The position numbers were made by a program, and so were the translations under genes. From Candidatus Methylomirabilis tolerans (lineage in GTDB: Bacteria; Methylomirabilota; Methylomirabilia; Methylomirabilales; Methylomirabilaceae): a stretch of 64,000 nt of DNA. Where the stretch lies: the NCBI GenBank assembly GCA_019912425.1, contig JAIOIU010000102.1, forward strand, positions 37,655 to 101,654. Direction: 5' to 3'. Under the pieces are notes generated by a model. It did not search any database and had not been told where the DNA came from. It was given only the letters and a program-made list of their open reading frames with translations. Shown here piece after piece: positions 52,838 to 61,750 of this stretch; within the stretch, counting starts at the first letter, position 1, and every line of letters begins with the position of its first letter.

Positions 52838-54784
52838 TTAGGGCCTATTGCAGCCTGAGGCGGAATCACGACTCTTTAATATCCTTGCGGCAAGGGAAGC
52901 GCCATCGAGTCCATGATATTTCAGCACCTCTGACGGTGTTCCCCATGCCGGGTATCCTTCAATGCCAAACTTTTGGAAATGCCGATTATCCATCACGTGA
53001 GAAGCCGTGAGTGTGTTGAGAAGTGTATCGCCCAATCCGCCCACAGGCGCATGATCTTCCAGTACAAACAGAGCACGACATGTATCGATAACCTCTTGTA
53101 ACCAGTCCGTGTGCACCCGGTTGATCCAGGGCATGTTGACCACTTTCAGGTGAAAGCCGCTCTCGCGTAAGATTTCGGCAGCCAATAATGCCTCATGAAG
53201 CATGATGGGTCCGTATGCGAACAGGACGGCATCGCGTCCATCCACCAGTGTGACGCCACGCCCAGGCTCTAGTCGGTAGCCTTGGGGCAATTCGATGATG
53301 CGTGGCGAGGGGCCGATGACAAGCCTCAATACGCAGCTTTCCTCTGCTTCTTTCACGCAATATTCAACCGCCATCCGTGTCTCCGCGGCATTGCAGGGCT
53401 GGATCACGACAAGGTTCGGTAGCGCCCCAACAAGGGAGATATCCCGGATGCTCTGGTGCGATTGGCCGGGTCCGGCAGGGATCAGGCCAGCGTAGTGGCA
53501 GACGTAGATAATCTTGGTCTGCTCGCACGCATTATTATAGATCTGCTCGTTGGCTCGCGAAGCCAAGAAGGCTGCAAAGGTGTTCACCACGGGCAGCAGT
53601 CCCTGGAGCGCCAGTCCGCCGGCCATCGACACCATATCCTGCTCGGCAATCCCATTCTCGATAAAGCGTTCGGGGTAGGTGAGCTCAAAGGCGCGAATGC
53701 GACAGTCGGCGGCCAGATCGGCATCCAACACCACGAGTTCCTCCCGTTCGGCGGCGATGTCCACGAGCGCCCGGCCAAAGGCGTCGGCGACGTATTCGCT
53801 AGACACGGCCTTAGCGCCCTTGTCTTCCTGGGTAAGCTCTTCCATTGCGAGCGGCAACAGCCCCAGTCTCTCCATGCGCGCCTGAATGCGCGTCACGATT
53901 TCCTGGTAGGCATCGGTAAAGGATCGATCATCCGGGGCGCCGGAATGCCAACGATAGAGCCCACCGCCGGTCTTCAGGGCCGTTGGGTGCTCCATAAACG
54001 ACACGCCGCGGCCCTTAATGGTATCGGCAATGAGGACCTTGGGCGTGTCGGTAATCGCCTTGAACTCAGCAAACACCTTCTCCAGTTGTCGAAAATCATG
54101 CCCATCGCAGCGAGCCACGTGCCATCCAAAAGTCCGCAACTTGGTTTCCAGATCGCCTAGATCGCAGATGTCACGGACGGGCTTATCCGACTGTACCTTG
54201 TTGTGATCGATGATCAGACTGATATTCGCGATTCGCTGATGAGCCGCCGCCTGTAACGCTTCGTAGACCTGACCCTCCTGCATTTCGCCGTCGCCGTTCA
54301 TCACGAACACGCGCCCCTGATGACATCTCAGGCGCTTCGCAAAGGCCATGCCCTTCGCCTTGGAGATGCCCATCCCCAGTGAGCCGGAGTTGGCCTCGAT
54401 ACCGGATGTGCTGACATCGGGATGTCCGCACGTTCCCTCCAGCCTTCTGAGTGTGGTGAACTGCTCCTTCGGAAGAATGCCCAAAGAAAACAGGATAGCG
54501 TACTGACCGGGCACATCATGGCCTTTCGAGGAGAAGTAGATATCACGATCGGGATGCTCGACGCCGACAGTGACGGTATTCATTTCCGCATAGTACAACC
54601 ACACAACAATGTCCATCGCGCTGAAGCTTGAGCCCAGGTGTCCGGAGCCGGCACGCTTGACGGAGGCCAGCGTGTTGGCCCGGCACATATCAGCGATCAG
54701 CGCAAGCCTGTCATATTGATCAATTGCGGCCGCACGGACGCGTTGAAACTCTTCCAACGGGATAAGCGTGACCATATGAAGCAT
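52838..54784 (-). CDS. transketolase-family ThDP enzyme (N- and C-terminal halves fused in one polypeptide)
   Basis: 648 aa. GSGHLGSSFS, NGDGEMQEGQVYEA ThDP-binding motif, a pyrimidine-binding half with FENGIAEQDM, and a C-terminal domain. Confidence 0.8.
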   Translation of the reverse strand: MLHMVTLIPLEEFQRVRAAAIDQYDRLALIADMCRANTLASVKRAGSGHLGSSFSAMDIVVWLYYAEMNTVTVGVEHPDRDIYFSSKGHDVPGQYAILFSLGILPKEQFTTLRRLEGTCGHPDVSTSGIEANSGSLGMGISKAKGMAFAKRLRCHQGRVFVMNGDGEMQEGQVYEALQAAAHQRIANISLIIDHNKVQSDKPVRDICDLGDLETKLRTFGWHVARCDGHDFRQLEKVFAEFKAITDTPKVLIADTIKGRGVSFMEHPTALKTGGGLYRWHSGAPDDRSFTDAYQEIVTRIQARMERLGLLPLAMEELTQEDKGAKAVSSEYVADAFGRALVDIAAEREELVVLDADLAADCRIRAFELTYPERFIENGIAEQDMVSMAGGLALQGLLPVVNTFAAFLASRANEQIYNNACEQTKIIYVCHYAGLIPAGPGQSHQSIRDISLVGALPNLVVIQPCNAAETRMAVEYCVKEAEESCVLRLVIGPSPRIIELPQGYRLEPGRGVTLVDGRDAVLFAYGPIMLHEALLAAEILRESGFHLKVVNMPWINRVHTDWLQEVIDTCRALFVLEDHAPVGGLGDTLLNTLTASHVMDNRHFQKFGIEGYPAWGTPSEVLKYHGLDGASLAARILKSRDSASGCNRP

Positions 54785-54805
54785 CAGAAGGACATTGGCA
54801 TAAAA

Positions 54806-55588
54806 TTATGCGAATATCCCATCATTCCTGAATTTCTCCATCAGTTTTTCAACAATAAAAAAATCAATAGGAGAATCGATATCAATAGCCCGCTCCTGGG
54901 GGATGATATGATATCGCACAAAATCTCCAGTAAGAGAAGCGGTCTCGTAAATGACATTCGTACGACAGGCTATGACATTCGAACGAAAGTAGGCTTTTTC
55001 ATAATGTTGCCTCGCAATCGGTGTGACCTCTCTACCGCTTTCCGTGAAGTATGTAACCAGGTGCTGACCGCCCTTTCCATCGTTAATCAGTTTCAGGGCT
55101 TTTAGTGGATGCTGGCGTGCTTCCGCAATCACCACAGCCGATTGTGCCAACGGATCTTTTAAGAGTTCTTCAATACAGGAGTCAATATCTTCCGGCATCT
55201 GCAGAGGAACCGTTGTCATCATACGTACGACGATATCCGGTTTATATTGTTCATACTCCATCAACCATTCCACCATATGCTTGACGTATTCCCATTCCGG
55301 TGAATGGTCGGCCGCAAGTTCCTTTGGGCGAAGATATGGGACGTCCGCGCCGTATCGTCGTGCAATTGCCGCGTACTCTTCCGAATCAGTGGATACTATG
55401 ACGCGGTTAACATACCTCGACGCCTTAGCCGTTTCAATGATCCAGGCTATCAATGGTTTTTCCATGAGTAAGCGGATGTTTTTATGGGGGACTCCTTTGG
55501 AGCCGGAACGGGCCCCAATAATGCCCAGAATCTTCAGATCCGGATATCTGTCTACACGCATGGGCGCAATCGCGTACCCGATGGCCAT
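54806..55588 (-). CDS. CMP-sugar-acid cytidylyltransferase (acylneuraminate/KDO cytidylyltransferase family, CTP_transf_3)
   Basis: 260 aa. GIIGARSGSKGVPHKNIRLL P-loop-like motif, VIVSTDSEEYAAIARRYGA, RPKELAADHSP. Confidence 0.8.
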   Translation of the reverse strand: MAIGYAIAPMRVDRYPDLKILGIIGARSGSKGVPHKNIRLLMEKPLIAWIIETAKASRYVNRVIVSTDSEEYAAIARRYGADVPYLRPKELAADHSPEWEYVKHMVEWLMEYEQYKPDIVVRMMTTVPLQMPEDIDSCIEELLKDPLAQSAVVIAEARQHPLKALKLINDGKGGQHLVTYFTESGREVTPIARQHYEKAYFRSNVIACRTNVIYETASLTGDFVRYHIIPQERAIDIDSPIDFFIVEKLMEKFRNDGIFA

Positions 55589-55613
55589 GCACCGGATAAC
55601 CCTTCTACACGTA

Positions 55614-56543
55614 TCATCTAATCCTTTCCATGATCATTGTGTAGACTTCTTGAATCGCAGGACACGGAACATGGTGCAACTTTGCCAGTCTCAAAATTGC
55701 GCCTGGAATAGCATCGACTTCCGAGGGGATACGTTTTCCAATATCGCGCTGAAGCGAGGTGGTGAGCGTTGGTGGTAGTGCATCAATCTGATGCATCACC
55801 GCCTCGGGATCGATCTTCACTCCCTCCTTGCGTGCCACTGCTACCCCCTCTCCGACACAGCCTTCTAACTTACGGCGCCATACCGGGTCTTGACGGATGA
55901 AACCAATCGTCTCTTGGCTGGCGGCAGTTGTCGAAGCGATCGCGTTGAGGCGAGCCAATTTTCGCCAAATGACTTCGGCTTCTCGATTACATACAAGAGT
56001 CTCAACCCCCATTCGCGACAAGAATTCACCGATGCGACACAAGTCCTTTTTGGGAATATCGTGATTTGAGGCTAACTCGATATGAGGGGCGTGACGCGAG
56101 GAATGAATTATATGATTCCAGCCGACCTTGACGGCCTCTATCGCACCGATCATACCGACTGCCACCCGGTTTCCCACACGTTCGCGAATGGCAGAAACAT
56201 GCTCGAACCCATTAAGAAGCGGGATCACCACGGAATTCGAAACGAGCGCCCTTGAAACCAACCCGAGCGCATCGTTCAAGAAAGGAGCTTTTACAGCAAT
56301 AAACAAGAGATCTGGCTCATAATTAAGCTGGTGGACGGCTTGAGGGTATGCCAACACCTCTCCAAATCGAGCGCTCTCCAGGCGTATGCCATGCTCATTA
56401 ATGACGCGTACCTGTTCTGGCTTGCCGATACAGGTTACCAACACACCCTGTTTCCAGAATATCGAGGCCAGAAACCCACCTATAGCGCCGAGGCCGAGTA
56501 TTGCCACGGATGGCTCTGCTTTATTTTGGCCAGGGGTGTTCAC
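55614..56543 (-). CDS. ketopantoate-reductase-family (ApbA/PanE) 2-oxoacid/oxosugar reductase
   Basis: 309 aa. VAILGLGAIGGFLA Rossmann motif. Family-typical ..PLLNG.., with ST.QD-like TTSLQRD near the C-terminus. Confidence 0.7.
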   Translation of the reverse strand: MNTPGQNKAEPSVAILGLGAIGGFLASIFWKQGVLVTCIGKPEQVRVINEHGIRLESARFGEVLAYPQAVHQLNYEPDLLFIAVKAPFLNDALGLVSRALVSNSVVIPLLNGFEHVSAIRERVGNRVAVGMIGAIEAVKVGWNHIIHSSRHAPHIELASNHDIPKKDLCRIGEFLSRMGVETLVCNREAEVIWRKLARLNAIASTTAASQETIGFIRQDPVWRRKLEGCVGEGVAVARKEGVKIDPEAVMHQIDALPPTLTTSLQRDIGKRIPSEVDAIPGAILRLAKLHHVPCPAIQEVYTMIMERIR

Positions 56544-57726
56544 GGATTACTTGTTCATTAACCTCAGTTCCCCATCCAGGCCCTGTCGGGACGTGGAGAT
56601 ATCCATTCTCAATGCGTGGAGGATTGGTAAAGAGATCCTCTCGCCACGGCACATCATCAACATCGATCTCCATGATCCTGAGGTTAGGGATCATCGCACA
56701 AAATTGGGCGCTGATGAAAGTCGACAAATACCCATTATAATTGTGTGGAGTGACATTCATCTCGTACAGTTCTGCCGCATCAGATATTTTCTTTGATTGC
56801 GCAAACCCGTTCCAGATGATATCAACGCTTGCAACGTCCATCGCGTGTTTCTCAAAGTACGGCCGGTACTGCCGCATCCCGTACAAATTCTCGCCACTGC
56901 ATACGGGAGTATTGATAGAATTTCTGATCTGTACAAGAGCCTCAGGGTCGTACGAATCTATCTCAAGCCACAGCAGGCCAAATTGCTCCAGCATCTTTCC
57001 GATCTTAATGTACCCTTCCGTCCTAAAATTGAAATTGAGGTCCAAGATAATATCGATTGTGTTACCTACTGCAGCGCGTAACACACCAACCCAGTCCTCA
57101 ACAGCCCGCAGCAACGGTCTATCTGCGTTCAACTCCGGCCCGCCCGAACTCTTGAGAAACCCGGGCATATAGACATACGGATCGTCGCCCACAATTCCGA
57201 TATTCGTTTTTATTGCCCTATAACCACTGGCAAGTATCTCTTGACCAAATCGCTTGACATCATCAAAAGACTTAATCTGTTCCCTGCAGACTATCCGCCA
57301 AGCGCGAATCCGCGTCGTTCCACAGTGCGACCAGTACAGTGGTATTTTTTCTCGTAACGGTCCCCCAAAAAGCTCATACACCGATAAGCCAAGCGCTTTT
57401 GCTTTTATATCAAGCAAAGCATTCTCAATGCCTCCAATGGCTTTCTGAACTATGCTTCCGGGACTTTGACGAGTCCTGGAATACATATCCCAATAGAGTT
57501 TCTCGGTGACACGGGGATCTTGACCTATCAGAAGCGGCGACAAATCTCTCACAACTCCCTCTAGGCCCCTAGGAGAACCGTGTGAATCAGTACATTCGCT
57601 CCATCCAATGATTCCCTGATCGGTCCTGACCTTAATAAACGTCCATGGTCTCCAGCCGGCGTCGCAATGTAGTGTTTCAACGCTGACAATCTTCATATCG
57701 TATCCCGCACACGACCACTCAATCAT
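56521..57726 (-). CDS. enolase-superfamily enzyme (mandelate racemase / sugar-acid dehydratase type)
   Basis: 401 aa. MKIVSVETLHCDAGWRPWTFIKVRTDQGIIGWSECT capping domain. ...IENALLDIKAKALG. Barrel with metal-ligand-like D/E positions (LDLNF.., WLEIDS..). The start may be ATG 57696. Confidence 0.75.
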   Translation of the reverse strand: MIEWSCAGYDMKIVSVETLHCDAGWRPWTFIKVRTDQGIIGWSECTDSHGSPRGLEGVVRDLSPLLIGQDPRVTEKLYWDMYSRTRQSPGSIVQKAIGGIENALLDIKAKALGLSVYELFGGPLREKIPLYWSHCGTTRIRAWRIVCREQIKSFDDVKRFGQEILASGYRAIKTNIGIVGDDPYVYMPGFLKSSGGPELNADRPLLRAVEDWVGVLRAAVGNTIDIILDLNFNFRTEGYIKIGKMLEQFGLLWLEIDSYDPEALVQIRNSINTPVCSGENLYGMRQYRPYFEKHAMDVASVDIIWNGFAQSKKISDAAELYEMNVTPHNYNGYLSTFISAQFCAMIPNLRIMEIDVDDVPWREDLFTNPPRIENGYLHVPTGPGWGTEVNEQVIREHPWPK

Positions 57727-57735
57727 CGACCCTTC

Positions 57736-59208
57736 CTACAGTTTGGTGGGGTCGGTGCTGATGTAGATATCTTTTAACTCTGAATAGACGTCCAACGCCT
57801 CTGTGCCGGGCTCGCGTGAGCCGTTTCCCGATTGCTTCAGACCGCCAAAAGGCATGTGGGGTTCGCTTCCATAGGTTCCGGCATTCACGATGGCCACCCC
57901 GGCCTGTACCTTTTGTGTGAACTGGATCGCTCGATGCAAGTTGCGGGTATGGATGCAGGCTGTCAGTCCATAGAGAGAATCGTTCGCGAGGGCCAGAGCC
58001 TCTGCGAAATCCTTGACGCGATACAGGCAGGCAATCGGACCAAACAACTCTGTTGATGAGATATCATCGTGTGCCCCCACATTCTCAATGATCGTGGGCG
58101 TCATGTAAAAGCCGTTGCGGTGTGGTAGATCGGTCAGCCTGTGCCCTCCGGCGAGAACGGCGGCGCCCTTCTGTCGCGCCCCTTCGATCGCATCGAGCAT
58201 ACGGGTGAGCTGCTTCTCGTTTATTACAGGACCAAGATCATCGTCATCGGTCGGTCCGACCTTGAGTTGCTTCGCGCCTGTTACGACCATGTCGCGAAAC
58301 CGGTCATAGACGGCGTCAAAGACGATGATCCGGCTCCCCGACGCGCAACGCTGTCCGGCATTGCTGAAGGCTGAAAGCAACGCCCACCTGGCCGCGTTCT
58401 CCAGATCGGCATCGTCGCACACGACGAACGGGTTCTTGCCGCCTAGTTCAAGTGATACCTTCGCCAAGCGCTCGCCCGCAACCCGCTGGATGGAGCGTCC
58501 GACCGCGGTCGAGCCGGTAAAACTGATCACCCCTACGTCAGGGTGTTCCACGAGCGGCGCGCCCGCTTCTTCTCCATACCCCTGGATGATATTGAGCAGA
58601 GCGGCAGGTAGACCCGCCTCCTGAGCGATGTGACCGACAATCCAGGCAGTCGCCGGCGTATCTTCTGCCGCTTTCAGTACAACGGCGTTACCGCAGATCA
58701 AGGCCGGAAAGATCTTCCAGGCTACATTGGCAATCGGAGTATTGGCAGGCACAATCAGACCGGCGATACCGATCGGCTGACGTATGGTCATGGCAGACCG
58801 ATCAGGAATCCCGCTGGTTGTCGTGCGACCATACAACCGCTGTCCCTCGCCGGCATAAAACAGCCCCAACGCAATCGCTCCACCAGTCTCGGCATACGCA
58901 TCTTTGTACGACTTGCCGGTCTCTAACGCGACGATTTGCGCAATCTCCCGCTGCCGCGCCTCCATTCCAAGGACGATTTTATGTAAGAGCATTCCACGCT
59001 GAACGGGCGGGGTATCCGCCCAGGAGGGTTGAGCCCGCTTGGCGGCTTTGACCGCCTGATGCACATCCTCAGCCAGTGACCGAGTTACGCGGCACGCCAC
59101 CCGACCATCGGCAGGATTCAGCTTGTCAAACCACTCACATGAGATGGCTGGACGCTGCCGTCCATCAATCCAGTTCGGGATCTCCGCTGGGAAGAGCCTT
59201 GTCCCCAT
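57736..59208 (-). CDS. NAD(P)-dependent aldehyde dehydrogenase
   Basis: 490 aa. FTGSTAVG, LELGGKNP, catalytic Cys region NAGQRCASGSRI, and the EEAFGP variant STELFGP. Confidence 0.88.
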   Translation of the reverse strand: MGTRLFPAEIPNWIDGRQRPAISCEWFDKLNPADGRVACRVTRSLAEDVHQAVKAAKRAQPSWADTPPVQRGMLLHKIVLGMEARQREIAQIVALETGKSYKDAYAETGGAIALGLFYAGEGQRLYGRTTTSGIPDRSAMTIRQPIGIAGLIVPANTPIANVAWKIFPALICGNAVVLKAAEDTPATAWIVGHIAQEAGLPAALLNIIQGYGEEAGAPLVEHPDVGVISFTGSTAVGRSIQRVAGERLAKVSLELGGKNPFVVCDDADLENAARWALLSAFSNAGQRCASGSRIIVFDAVYDRFRDMVVTGAKQLKVGPTDDDDLGPVINEKQLTRMLDAIEGARQKGAAVLAGGHRLTDLPHRNGFYMTPTIIENVGAHDDISSTELFGPIACLYRVKDFAEALALANDSLYGLTACIHTRNLHRAIQFTQKVQAGVAIVNAGTYGSEPHMPFGGLKQSGNGSREPGTEALDVYSELKDIYISTDPTKL

Positions 59209-59214
59209 TGTCGT

Positions 59215-60033
59215 TTACCAGGCCGTCCACCCGCCGTCAATAATGACGTTTGCTCCGGTCATATACGATGAGGCGTCAGAGACCAAAAAGGTGATGGCCC
59301 CGTTGTATTCATCCTCGTGCGCCATCCGCCCGAGCGGAACTCGCGCAGCATAGTTTGCGAGGAACTGTTCATTCTGGTTGTTAAACACCCCGCCGAGGGT
59401 AAGGGTATTGGCCCGTACGTTGTTGCCTGCCCAATATGTCGCAAGATAACGGGTCAGGTTGAGAAGCGCGGACTTGGAGGCAGAATAGGCCGCCGGCTTG
59501 ACAAACGGTGTTCCGCCTGCGCGGCGATATTCATAGATGCGCTGATCAGGGGCGACCATCCCATAGATGGAGCCGATGTTGATGATCGAGCCGCGGCCGG
59601 ATCCAGCCATCTGTCCTCCTACGACCTGGCAGCAGAGGAAGGCGCCTTTCACGCCGACCTCCATCACCTTGTCCCACGAGCTTTCCGGGTAGTGCTCAAA
59701 AGGTCCGTTTTCCTCTGCCGGCGCATTGGGTGGAGCATCAAGGGCCGCATTATTGATCAACGCATGGGGCACGCCCCACTTCGCATTGACCTGACTCAAA
59801 CCGGCCTCAATCGAGCGTCGTTGCGTGATATCCACTTGTACGAACATGAGGTTCTCGTCGTTGCGTCGCCCCGCAAACCGTTCGGTGACCCGTTGCTCGT
59901 CAACCTGGATATCGAAGATAGCGACCTTGGCTCCCCGATCCGCCAGCGCGAGGCTGAACCGGCGACCGAGCTGCCCAAGCCCGCCGGTGACAATGGCAAT
60001 CTTCTCCTGTACGCTAAAGAGGTCTTGAGCCAT
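59215..60033 (-). CDS. short-chain dehydrogenase/reductase
   Basis: 272 aa. VTGGLGQLG cofactor motif, NNAA, YSASKSAL catalytic Y-x3-K. Confidence 0.85.
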   Translation of the reverse strand: MAQDLFSVQEKIAIVTGGLGQLGRRFSLALADRGAKVAIFDIQVDEQRVTERFAGRRNDENLMFVQVDITQRRSIEAGLSQVNAKWGVPHALINNAALDAPPNAPAEENGPFEHYPESSWDKVMEVGVKGAFLCCQVVGGQMAGSGRGSIINIGSIYGMVAPDQRIYEYRRAGGTPFVKPAAYSASKSALLNLTRYLATYWAGNNVRANTLTLGGVFNNQNEQFLANYAARVPLGRMAHEDEYNGAITFLVSDASSYMTGANVIIDGGWTAW

Positions 60034-60041
60034 TCAAGCGG

Positions 60042-60569
60042 CTACTCCCGTTGCTGCGGCGCCAGAATACGCTCGAAGAGATCGCAGACCTCACGCACCG
60101 CTCCATGGCCGCCGCGCGCCTTCGTTTGATACAGGGCGTAGGGGAGCACATCCGGATGGGCGTCCTGGACGACAATGGGGAGCTTGACACACATCAGGCA
60201 TGGCATGTCATTGACGTCGTTACCGACGAACGCCGTTTGCGCCAGGGAGAGGCCCATCTCCTGGACGCGGGTTTCAAGCGCCGCGCGTTTATCTTTGCAT
60301 CCTTGAAGGCACTGAATGCCCAGCTTCCTGCCGCGAGCTGAGACAACCGGATTCGTCTCCGTCGAGACGATGAGCGTTGCAAGTCCAAGCCGTTCGAGCC
60401 GTTGCAGTCCCAGGCCGTCGCCACGAGAGCACCGTACCGCCTCGCGACCGTCTTCAAAGACGTACACCATGTTATCGGTGAACACCCCGTCGAAGTCAAA
60501 GACCACCAAGCGTATCTCACGGATGCGCTCCTCAAGGAAGCGGACCTTAGGCATTGTTGCGCTGTCCAT
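60042..60569 (-). CDS. HAD-superfamily KdsC-type phosphatase (ulosonate-phosphate phosphatase)
   Basis: 175 aa. LVVFDFDGVFTDN, ..GDGLG.., FVGNDVNDMP, typical of the KDO8P/KDN9P/Neu5Ac9P phosphatase family. Confidence 0.8.
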   Translation of the reverse strand: MDSATMPKVRFLEERIREIRLVVFDFDGVFTDNMVYVFEDGREAVRCSRGDGLGLQRLERLGLATLIVSTETNPVVSARGRKLGIQCLQGCKDKRAALETRVQEMGLSLAQTAFVGNDVNDMPCLMCVKLPIVVQDAHPDVLPYALYQTKARGGHGAVREVCDLFERILAPQQRE

Positions 60570-61630
60570 TACCCTTCAGCGCCTGTCAGGTCCTCGAACG
60601 AGATATTCTCGTCCGCATTCAGGCGGCGACGGAGCGCCTGTCCGATGACATGTTCGAGTTCGAAAGGCGGCACGCCGTCGCTCGGCGATTTGATGGCGAT
60701 ATCGTCCCGTGTCAAGACGTGGCCGGTCGGTAACTCATGGGCCGCGACAAGCTTCTTGCCCATCTTGAACAGCGGTTTGTCCTCGCCGGGAAGCGGCCGC
60801 TTTTTTCCGTCACCCAAGGCGGCGCGTACTCGATGTAGGTCCCGCACCAGCTTCTGTAGGCCGATCGGCTCCAGAGAGAAGGCGTGGTCTGTTCCCTTCC
60901 AGGCGCGATTCAGGGTGAAGTGCTTTTCGATGACCTGCGCGCCCAGGACATTCGCCATCAGGGCCATAGCGATCCCGTTTTGATGATCCGAGAGTCCGAT
61001 CACCACATCCGGGAATCGCTCGCGGTAGGTCATAATCACACGTAAGTTCATGTCTTGAGGCTCGACCGGGTAACTCGCCGTCGATTGCAGGAGACACAGT
61101 TGTGGGTTGATCGGCATAATCGTATCGTACGCGCGTTGTACATCCTCGATGGTGCCCCCACCAGTACTGACGATCATCGGCTTACCAATCCAGGCGACGT
61201 ATGTGAGGAACGGCGTATTCTTCAGATCCCCTGATGCAATCTTGAAGGCCGGCATATCGAGTTCTGCCAGAAAGTCGGCGCTCACGAAGTCGAAGGCCGT
61301 GGCAAACATCGTCACACGTAATTCGTTCGCATAGCGCTTCAGCTCACAATACTCCTCCCTCCCAAATTCCAACGCCTCGCGATGAGCGCCATACGTGGGA
61401 CCGAAGCTGTTCTCGTTGTTGTAGGGCATATCGTAGATTGCGCGTGTGTACAGCGAGCGATTATCACGTTTCTGTAGTTTGACGGCGTTCACGCCACACT
61501 GTTTGGCGACACGAAACATCTCCTTAGCCTGTTCCAGGCTACCCTGGTGATTGTGACCGATCTCAGCGATGACGTAGCAGTCGCTGTCGTCGTGAATATG
61601 ATCGGATCCGATAGTCAAATTCCGCGGCAT
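60569..61630 (-). CDS. NeuB-family sialic-acid-type (ulosonic acid) synthase with C-terminal SAF domain
   Basis: 353 aa. CYVIAEIGHNHQGSLEQAKEMFRVAKQCGVNAVKLQKR, ..SDHQNG.., EKHFTL, and a C-terminal SAF-like LTRDDIAIKSP. Confidence 0.88.
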   Translation of the reverse strand: MPRNLTIGSDHIHDDSDCYVIAEIGHNHQGSLEQAKEMFRVAKQCGVNAVKLQKRDNRSLYTRAIYDMPYNNENSFGPTYGAHREALEFGREEYCELKRYANELRVTMFATAFDFVSADFLAELDMPAFKIASGDLKNTPFLTYVAWIGKPMIVSTGGGTIEDVQRAYDTIMPINPQLCLLQSTASYPVEPQDMNLRVIMTYRERFPDVVIGLSDHQNGIAMALMANVLGAQVIEKHFTLNRAWKGTDHAFSLEPIGLQKLVRDLHRVRAALGDGKKRPLPGEDKPLFKMGKKLVAAHELPTGHVLTRDDIAIKSPSDGVPPFELEHVIGQALRRRLNADENISFEDLTGAEG

Positions 61631-61750
61631 AAAACCTATTCTCCCTCCCTATACATAATGTGCCGACTCCCCCGACGGTGGCACGGACAGAAGGAAGTGC
61701 GTCTGACGGGGAAGAGCATCGATCGATGATGCCGATGGCTTCGAGCGACG

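Noticed and set aside
61670-61690. TGGCAC hexamer between the SPT-like and NeuB genes as a sigma54 promoter
   Set aside because: It lies on the plus strand, the wrong direction for the minus-strand genes, and no TTGC follows at N5. The minus-strand reading (CGGCAC-N5-GTAT) lacks the -12 GC.
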